Source: Ignavibacteriota bacterium (GTDB taxonomy: Bacteria; Bacteroidota; Ignavibacteria; Palsa-1295). From it: DNA of 64,000 nt. The position numbers were made by a program, and so were the translations under genes. The stretch covers positions 64,001 to 128,000 of the forward strand of contig CAWBEI010000002.1 of NCBI GenBank assembly GCA_963787835.1. Reading direction: 5' to 3'. Every line of letters starts with the position of its first letter. Within the stretch, counting starts at the first letter, position 1. Below are positions 57,546-64,000 of the stretch, in pieces. Under the pieces are notes generated by a model. It was not told the DNA's origin, searched no databases, and saw nothing but the letters and a program-made list of their open reading frames with translations.

Positions 57546-59141
57546 TTGAATAAACTCTATTTCGGCGACAACCTCGATATTCTCCGCGAGCACATTGCGG
57601 ATGAATCGATTGATCTTATTTATCTAGATCCGCCGTTCAATTCAAAGCGCGATTATTCCGTGCTCTTTAAAACCCCGAAGGGACACGAAAGCGATGCGCA
57701 ACTTCAGGCTTTTCTAGATACTTGGCATTGGACTGAAGAGGCTGAGCGTGAATTTAACGAAATTCTGAATCAGCCTAATACCCAGGTTTCTGAATTGGTT
57801 GTTGCACTTCGAAAATTTCTTGGTGAGAATGACATGATGGCCTATATCACCATGAAGGCGATTCGATTGCTCGAATTGCATCGAGTGCTCAAGCCAACAG
57901 GTTCGATTTATCTCCATTGCGATCCAACCGCAAGCCATTACTTGAGAATTTTACTCGACGCCGTTTTTGGACCAACTCGATTTAGAAATGAAATCACATG
58001 GAAGAGAACGAGCGCGCATAATGACCCCACGCGATATGGGGCGAATACCGATCAAATCCTTTTTTATTCCAAAGGAGATAAGTGGACATGGAATGAAATT
58101 TACATGCCCCACGACGCTGAATATCTGGCAAGGTTTCGTTTCAAAGATCCCGATGGGCGCCGATACATGGACGACAATCTTTCTGCGAAAGGTCTCTCAG
58201 GGGGTGGATACACTTATGAGTATAAAGGAGCAACTTCTCTCTGGCGTGTGCCTTTAACCTCGATGGAAAGGCTCGATGCTGAAAATCGATTACATTTTAC
58301 TAATAAAGGTGGCATACGACTCAAACGATATTTGGATGAGAATAAGGGTGCGCCCCTACAGGCATTATGGGATGACATTTCTCCAATCAATTCCCAAGCT
58401 GCCGAACGACTTGGCTATCCGACGCAAAAACCTCTTGCCTTACTTGAACGAATCATCAAAGCATCATCTAACGAGGGCGATGTGGTACTCGATCCATTCT
58501 GCGGTTGTGGTACAGCGGTTCACGCTGCAGAGAAATTGCATCGGCAATGGATTGGCATAGACATCACGCACCTAGCTATTTCCCTTATCGAGAAGAGGTT
58601 GAAAGACGCATTTCCCGGAATCAAATTCGAAGTTGAGGGCACACCGAAGGATTTGGATGGAGCTAAGGATTTGGCAATTCGAAACAAATACCAATTTCAA
58701 TGGTGGGCTACTTCTCTTGTTAATGCTCAACCGTATCAGGGCAAGAAAAAAGGAGCCGACTCCGGCATTGATGGACTCATCTTTTTCCACGACGATAAAT
58801 CCGGCGCGAAGAAAATCGTGGTATCGGTCAAGGGCGGCGAGAATGTGAATGTTACGATGGTGCGCGATCTGAAAGGTGTCGTTGACCGAGAAAAAGCTTC
58901 GATGGGATTTTTTGTCACGCTGGCCGAACCAACGCGACCGATGCGCGAGGAAGCAGTCTCCGCCGGTTTCTACGACGCGACCCGCTTCGGCTCAGAATAC
59001 CCGAAGCTGCAAATCCTCACCATCGAAGGACTCATGAACGGCACCGAACGCCCCCGATTCCCGGATTTAACGCTGGGCCGCTCCACGTTTAAGCGGGCGG
59101 CCATAGAGGATATGGGGGCGGAGCAGGAGAGGCTGTTGTGA
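57546..59141 (+). CDS. DNA methyltransferase fused to a C-terminal Mrr-like endonuclease domain
   Basis: YLDPPF, YPTQKP, LDPFCGCGT; then GADSGIDG...VSVKGG...VRDLKG. Confidence 0.87.
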   Translation: MNKLYFGDNLDILREHIADESIDLIYLDPPFNSKRDYSVLFKTPKGHESDAQLQAFLDTWHWTEEAEREFNEILNQPNTQVSELVVALRKFLGENDMMAYITMKAIRLLELHRVLKPTGSIYLHCDPTASHYLRILLDAVFGPTRFRNEITWKRTSAHNDPTRYGANTDQILFYSKGDKWTWNEIYMPHDAEYLARFRFKDPDGRRYMDDNLSAKGLSGGGYTYEYKGATSLWRVPLTSMERLDAENRLHFTNKGGIRLKRYLDENKGAPLQALWDDISPINSQAAERLGYPTQKPLALLERIIKASSNEGDVVLDPFCGCGTAVHAAEKLHRQWIGIDITHLAISLIEKRLKDAFPGIKFEVEGTPKDLDGAKDLAIRNKYQFQWWATSLVNAQPYQGKKKGADSGIDGLIFFHDDKSGAKKIVVSVKGGENVNVTMVRDLKGVVDREKASMGFFVTLAEPTRPMREEAVSAGFYDATRFGSEYPKLQILTIEGLMNGTERPRFPDLTLGRSTFKRAAIEDMGAEQERLL

Positions 59142-59149
59142 ATGTTTTA

Positions 59150-59284
59150 TTAAGGGCTAAATAGGCGCGATAATGAATGCTCATTGAATCCATCTAAATA
59201 ACAATCCGTATCTTCCCAATTTACGAACGAATATGTAGCTTTATAAGCTGAAATATCTCGTGGAGTCTTTCTATAGTCAATCAT
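59150..59284 (-). other. 44-aa ORF, probably the frameshifted C-terminus of the SIR2-like protein
   Basis: MIDYRKTP...YSFVNW...DGFNEHSLSRLFSP*; ATGA overlap with the SIR2 stop, next to an A5 run. Confidence 0.5.
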
Positions 59285-60249
59285 TTTTGCTTAGTTTTTG
59301 GACCATGTCGCTCACCTTTTCGGTTCTGAAATTTGTCAACGATATCATATATTACCTGGGTAAGGTAGCGATCATGTGATGCAAGTGAAAAACCAATAAT
59401 ACTAACGCTGTTAGCATAGTACCCTGCGTTAGTGAGTTCTCGCCAAAGCCAACTCAAACGATGAATGTAGCCAAGTTTATGAGTTGATGGGGCTACAATA
59501 ATTGATCCCTCCCAAACGAAATTGTCTGCGCCCAAATACTCCCACATACTGCGTAGCCTCCTAAGCTTAGATAGAGGATTGTCATCTGGTATGGGATCAT
59601 TTGCTAAGCTCGAAAAGACGTAATGACGGTCGTCGCCAAACACAGGGTGCCATTTTGACTCTTGTTGTTCATAATGTGAAATATCAAACCAATCGATAGA
59701 ACCATGCAATTTCAGTACTTCAATTTCAGTCTCGTGTGGTGGATCGTCACTTGAAATACTTTGGTACCAAGGGGCTAACCGGAAAGCCACACCATTTCTT
59801 TCCATTGCTTCTTCAAGGAGCGTGTCATAGTTAAATGTTTCAACAGCGTCGTATTCCTTAAGTTGCTTCACAAAATCATCATAAATCTTCAGGTCGGGTC
59901 TCTCACCATGATCTTGTTTCAATTTTAGGGCAAGGGCAATCAGATTTCTAAGCATTATTTGGGATTCGTTTCCTTCATCCGACCAATGATCTGTTCCCTT
60001 CAGTCTGAGGATATGCTGAACATCTAAATACGAAATGAAATCTTCAAGATTGATCTCGCTCATCTGAGGCTGTCTGCCTGTCGTTTTCCCTATAAATCGA
60101 ATATATAGCTTAAGATCAATACCCAATTTTCCTTCCGTAAGATGCCTAATTTCAGCCAACCGCCAGACTTCGCCAAAAAGCTCATTTCCAAGCGGTAACC
60201 CAGCTGGCTTCGAAAATCCTGCACCAAGAATAAATAGTCTCATTGTCAT
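59281..60249 (-). CDS. SIR2-like (SIR2_2) NAD-binding protein, possible defence effector
   Basis: ILGAGFS..AGLP, TFNYD.LLE, LKLHGSIDW, IIGFSL; AT-rich. Confidence 0.82.
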   Translation of the reverse strand: MTMRLFILGAGFSKPAGLPLGNELFGEVWRLAEIRHLTEGKLGIDLKLYIRFIGKTTGRQPQMSEINLEDFISYLDVQHILRLKGTDHWSDEGNESQIMLRNLIALALKLKQDHGERPDLKIYDDFVKQLKEYDAVETFNYDTLLEEAMERNGVAFRLAPWYQSISSDDPPHETEIEVLKLHGSIDWFDISHYEQQESKWHPVFGDDRHYVFSSLANDPIPDDNPLSKLRRLRSMWEYLGADNFVWEGSIIVAPSTHKLGYIHRLSWLWRELTNAGYYANSVSIIGFSLASHDRYLTQVIYDIVDKFQNRKGERHGPKTKQK

Positions 60250-60347
60250 TTATACGATTGCTTTGATCAACTGATTCCTTTTCGTGGCAATTTTTCACAA
60301 CAACTTACCTACCGTCGTGCGGATTGTGCTGTCGCACCAGTGGTCAA

Positions 60348-60608
60348 AGAAAATTTCGAATTTCGTGGCGGGCGGGAAAAGTGTCGTATATTGCGAGTGA
60401 GATAATAGGCACCTATATCAATTACGAAGTAAGAATTAATAATTAAGAATGGGTGCTCAGTGGCTCATTGAAAATGGAAGCGATGGATTTCTTTATGAAC
60501 GAGTCCTTTGAGAAAACGGATTTCGCTTTTCCTTCAGAACAAACGTCGAAAACAGCTTGGAAACGAGGGTGTGTCGGGAACTCGCAAGAAAAAGAAATGG
60601 CACCTATT
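60348..60608 (+). ncRNA. Candidate non-coding element, copy B (paralog at 9130-9403)
   Basis: AGAAAATTTCG, CGTATATTGCGA, GGCACCTAT, four heptamers, GCTCATTGAAAA, identical 35-mer at 60574-60608. Confidence 0.5.
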
Positions 60609-60640
60609 GCCTTAGGAAAGGGGTTGCATGACTTTCAAAA

Positions 60641-62296
60641 ATGCTATCACGCCGCAATAGATATTTGCTCGCCGTTCTTTCCGGGCTGTTGCTCGGTCTT
60701 GCCTTTCCGCCTACGGGGCTTGGCGGAGGGTTGCTGGCATTTGTTGCGCTGGTACCGCTTTTGGTCGCGCTGGAGAATGGCACCCGGTTACGGGAGGCAT
60801 TCAAGCTCGGCTGGGTCGCGATGTTCGTGCTTGGCCTGGTCTCGAATTACTGGGTCGGCGGGTGGAAGTCGATGGGTGATGTCGATCCCTTCCTGATGGT
60901 CGGCGGGGTACTGCTGGCGATCGTGCATCCGTTCTTCCTGGTAGTTCCCTGGCTGTTGTATGATTCGGTTCGCCGGCGGTTCGGGCGAAGGGCTGCGCTG
61001 TACTCGCTGCCCATCTTTCAGGGGGGCTTCGAGTATGCGCATTCGTTCGGGGATCTTTCCTATCCCTGGCTGAACCTGTACAACACGCAGACGTACAATC
61101 TGGCGTTCGATCAGTTCATTGAAATTTCGGGGCCGTATTTGCTGAGCATGGTGATTGTGCTGGTGAATGTGGAAGTTTTTCAGATGTTCTTTACCAGTGG
61201 ACTCAATGGACGGGGTGGACGAAAGTGGCATTTGGTGACTTTGGTACTCTTGGTTTGTATTCCCTATCTTTATGGTTTGCACGCCTTGGGTCAAAAAGAA
61301 GATTCGCGTTCCTCGCTTCGGGTGACGATCGTTCAGCCGAACATCGACCCGTGGGCGAAATGGAGTTCCGATGAGGACCGAATACTCGATACAAACTTCG
61401 AAGCCACGGTGACGGCGATCCGCGCTAACCATGATTCGACGGATCTGATCGTATGGCCGGAAACAGCGATCACGTTCTACATTACTTCCCCTGCAAAGGG
61501 ATTTGAAATGGCAGAGCTAAATAAATTTGTATCCTCGATGCACCATGCGCTGCTGACGGGTTTTCCAGACCGGCAGGATTATGTGCAAGGTCAGGATTCC
61601 ATCCCAAGCGATGCGGTTCCCGTTGGGATCGGCGGTATCTACTACCGAAGCTGGAATGCTGCGATGATGCTCTATCAAGCGCCGGATGGAACCATGCACC
61701 GTCAGGCGTATCACAAGCAAAAGCTTGTGCCGCTTGGGGAGCATATTCCATTCGTGCAATACTTCCCAATCCTGGGCAAGTGGTTTCAATGGAGCGTTGG
61801 GATCGGAAGCTGGAATATCGGGGAGGGTTACGAGCCACTTTCGCTTCCGATGCCACAGCAGCATGATACGCTGGAGATTTCGCCGGCGATCTGCTATGAA
61901 TCCGTGTATCCGAGCTTCATACGGAATTTTGTGGATCACGGGGCGAACATGCTGGCGGTTATCACGAACGATGGATGGTATGGCCGAAGCTCGGGGCCGT
62001 ATCAACACGAACAATTTGCAGTGCTGCGCGCCATCGAGAACCGGCGATGGGTAGTGCGATGCGCCAATACGGGAGTCTCCACGATGATCGATGACCGTGG
62101 GCGATATATAAAATCGCTCCCGCTTTTTGTGTCGGGTTCCATCACGGAGCGGGTTCCACTCATCGAGCGCAAAACGCTCTATGTGCAATGGGGGGATTAT
62201 ATTGCGATCCCAGCGATGATCTATTCGATCATTGTTCTTATCGTAGCATTGGCACGTAGGATCATGAGAAGATTTTCAAAACCATCGGCAGGGTGA
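60641..62296 (+). CDS. lnt: Apolipoprotein N-acyltransferase
   Basis: VQPNI, VWPETA, KQKLVPLGE, ICYES, TNDGWYG, RAIENRR, NTGVS. Confidence 0.95.
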   Translation: MLSRRNRYLLAVLSGLLLGLAFPPTGLGGGLLAFVALVPLLVALENGTRLREAFKLGWVAMFVLGLVSNYWVGGWKSMGDVDPFLMVGGVLLAIVHPFFLVVPWLLYDSVRRRFGRRAALYSLPIFQGGFEYAHSFGDLSYPWLNLYNTQTYNLAFDQFIEISGPYLLSMVIVLVNVEVFQMFFTSGLNGRGGRKWHLVTLVLLVCIPYLYGLHALGQKEDSRSSLRVTIVQPNIDPWAKWSSDEDRILDTNFEATVTAIRANHDSTDLIVWPETAITFYITSPAKGFEMAELNKFVSSMHHALLTGFPDRQDYVQGQDSIPSDAVPVGIGGIYYRSWNAAMMLYQAPDGTMHRQAYHKQKLVPLGEHIPFVQYFPILGKWFQWSVGIGSWNIGEGYEPLSLPMPQQHDTLEISPAICYESVYPSFIRNFVDHGANMLAVITNDGWYGRSSGPYQHEQFAVLRAIENRRWVVRCANTGVSTMIDDRGRYIKSLPLFVSGSITERVPLIERKTLYVQWGDYIAIPAMIYSIIVLIVALARRIMRRFSKPSAG

Positions 62297-63465
62297 GTTC
62301 TACAAACAAACGGCTCGCCATTGTTACGCAGGATCCAGCCAATTATGGCGGTGTGCTTCGGTTGGTGGAATATATCTACCGGCGAGCAGAAGCGGCGGGC
62401 CGTGAACCCACGATCCTTCACTATGCAAAATATACAGATCATCCGGAACTCCATGCTTCCTTAAGCAATCTTTTTCGAGGCGAGTTAAACTTAATGCCAA
62501 AAGAGAAAAAGTATGAATTTCGAGGAATGCGGACACACGCCATTGGCGCGTTTTTTCCGGAATGGGAACCACAACGAATACGATCGAACGCATTATGGCG
62601 GCGGGCTCTTTCTGAATACGATTCCTTTATACTCGTGACCGGTTCGGCACAAACCGGCCTGCCACAGGCGCAGAGCGGGAAAGAATTTATTGCATGGATC
62701 TCAGCTACTGTTGAAGACGATCGTCGGAAACGACTTTCGAATGATCGTGGCATTACGAATTGGATAGAACGGGCTGGGTTATCTGCGATTCTTAAAGCAG
62801 AATCCGGGGTATTAAGATCGGCGACACGGTTGCTGGTGGTAAGTAATGATACTCAGGCGCACGTTGCGAAAACTTCTGGCCGAGCGGCGGAAGTATGGCC
62901 TTTCCCCGTTGATACTAATAAGTTTGGTCAGGGAAATGGGCGAGACAAATCTACAAAACCAAATTTTCTTTTTGTTGGCAGAGCAAATGACCCCCGGAAA
63001 CGTATCGAGCTATTTCTTGCAGCCGCAATCAACCTCAGACGAATGCATCCGGAACTTGATTTTTCCGTAACGATCGTCTCATCGGTTGCACCAGACCTTC
63101 GCAATGTACCGGTTCGTTCTGAATGGCTGGCGAATGTCACAGAGGAAAAATTGATCGACTTATATCGAAGTTCAACTGCTCTGATTCTCACGAGCGAACA
63201 AGAAGGACTCGGCATTGCAGCCATGGAGGCGATGGCTTGTGGCCTGCCAGTCATTTCGACCCGATGCGGAGGACCAGAAACATTTATCGAGGATGGAGCC
63301 AGCGGCTTCTTTGTAGCGGACAATGCGGAAGCCTTTGCAGGGTGCATGTTCGAATTATCAGCGAATGAGTCCCTTCAAACAACGATCAGCGAAGCCGCAA
63401 GAAATCGAATTGTGAATGATTTTAGCGAAAATTTTTGGAACGCCAAATTTGAAGGACTTTTATGA
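62293..63465 (+). CDS. Glycosyltransferase family 4
   Basis: FLFVGR...RKR, EGLGIAAMEAMACGLPVI. Confidence 0.9.
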   Translation: MSSTNKRLAIVTQDPANYGGVLRLVEYIYRRAEAAGREPTILHYAKYTDHPELHASLSNLFRGELNLMPKEKKYEFRGMRTHAIGAFFPEWEPQRIRSNALWRRALSEYDSFILVTGSAQTGLPQAQSGKEFIAWISATVEDDRRKRLSNDRGITNWIERAGLSAILKAESGVLRSATRLLVVSNDTQAHVAKTSGRAAEVWPFPVDTNKFGQGNGRDKSTKPNFLFVGRANDPRKRIELFLAAAINLRRMHPELDFSVTIVSSVAPDLRNVPVRSEWLANVTEEKLIDLYRSSTALILTSEQEGLGIAAMEAMACGLPVISTRCGGPETFIEDGASGFFVADNAEAFAGCMFELSANESLQTTISEAARNRIVNDFSENFWNAKFEGLL

Positions 63466-63691
63466 AATCCGGCAAAGATAATTCATTGATTGTTGAAAAT
63501 CTTTGAACTCTGCCAAGTATTAGACGGTTTTATTGTCAGGTCAGGTTATTAAGACGAGATTCGTCTTAATACAATCGGCGTCCGTCGCCGGTATGGTTCA
63601 GTTCTCTAACAGTTCATGCCAGAGTTGCTCAGTGTAAGGGTCATTAACTGTGCAATTGCAATGCAAACGTCAATTTTGATCGAGAGTCAAA

Positions 63692-64000
63692 ATGTACTTT
63701 AGAAAATGCTTCCCTTTCGTTGCCGTACTTTGTTCCATTTTTCCCGCATCCTCGCGATTGTGCGCACAACCCTCCGAAAATTATGAATTCGTTTGTGTGG
63801 ACTGGCATTTAGCAGGAATCTCAGAATATCAACACAACTGGCACAATGCCATCGATTATTATCAGAAAGTGATCCAGGAAAGCATGCCTTTGCCACTCGA
63901 AATTCGGGAATGGTATCGGGGTACAGCGTTCTATGGCATTGCCCGATGCGACTGTCAATTAGGGAAAGATACATCCATCGTTCGAACGGCACTCGAAAAA
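63692..64000 (+). CDS. Partial secreted TPR-like protein (runs off the window)
   Basis: Open from ATG 63692: signal-like N-terminus, AIDYYQKV, AFYGIARC; absent from the ORF track because it has no stop. Confidence 0.6.
   Translation, partial: MYFRKCFPFVAVLCSIFPASSRLCAQPSENYEFVCVDWHLAGISEYQHNWHNAIDYYQKVIQESMPLPLEIREWYRGTAFYGIARCDCQLGKDTSIVRTALEK

Noticed and set aside
59178-59188. boxA-like TGCTCATTGAA after the MTase
   Set aside because: Lies antisense within the probable SIR2 C-terminal coding segment; likely chance, and a caution for single boxA calls
63547-63591. Two small hairpins (TATTAAGACGA..TCGTCTTAATA; CGGCG..CGCCG) as a riboswitch or ncRNA
   Set aside because: No recognisable aptamer consensus; could be an operator or terminator but unsupported
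63699-63992. 97-aa minus-strand ORF
   Set aside because: The plus-strand open frame from 63692, with a signal peptide and TPR-like pattern, is more plausible

Overview
Bacterial chromosomal window, most likely from the FCB/Bacteroidota superphylum (Kapabacteria/Ignavibacteria-like). This is inferred from T9SS C-terminal sorting domains, a GWxTD protein, TAnnTTTG promoter boxes and the ileS-dksA-lspA order. It is mostly housekeeping: dnaN-recF-dciA; an F1Fo operon atpZ/I-B-E-F-H-A-G interrupted by two secreted-protein genes; yggS-divIVA-ileS-dksA-lspA-rluD; a mutT-mutY-ogg 8-oxoG repair cluster; a TolC/MacAB-type exporter; manC/PMM; and lnt. Accessory content comprises a RavA/MoxR AAA + VWA locus carrying a YD-repeat protein and a REP-flanked IS200-like transposase, two DNA methyltransferases and a SIR2-like gene. 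Intergenic DNA holds at least six unrelated palindromic or tandem repeat families, two of them translated in-frame inside proteins. The most unusual signal is a ~270-bp non-coding element present twice, 51 kb apart (9130-9403 and 60348-60608). Its layout is conserved: promoter, GGCACCT, four heptamers, boxA-like motif, then an identical 35-mer. No rRNA, tRNA or CRISPR array was seen. All calls come from reading motifs by eye; no searches were run.
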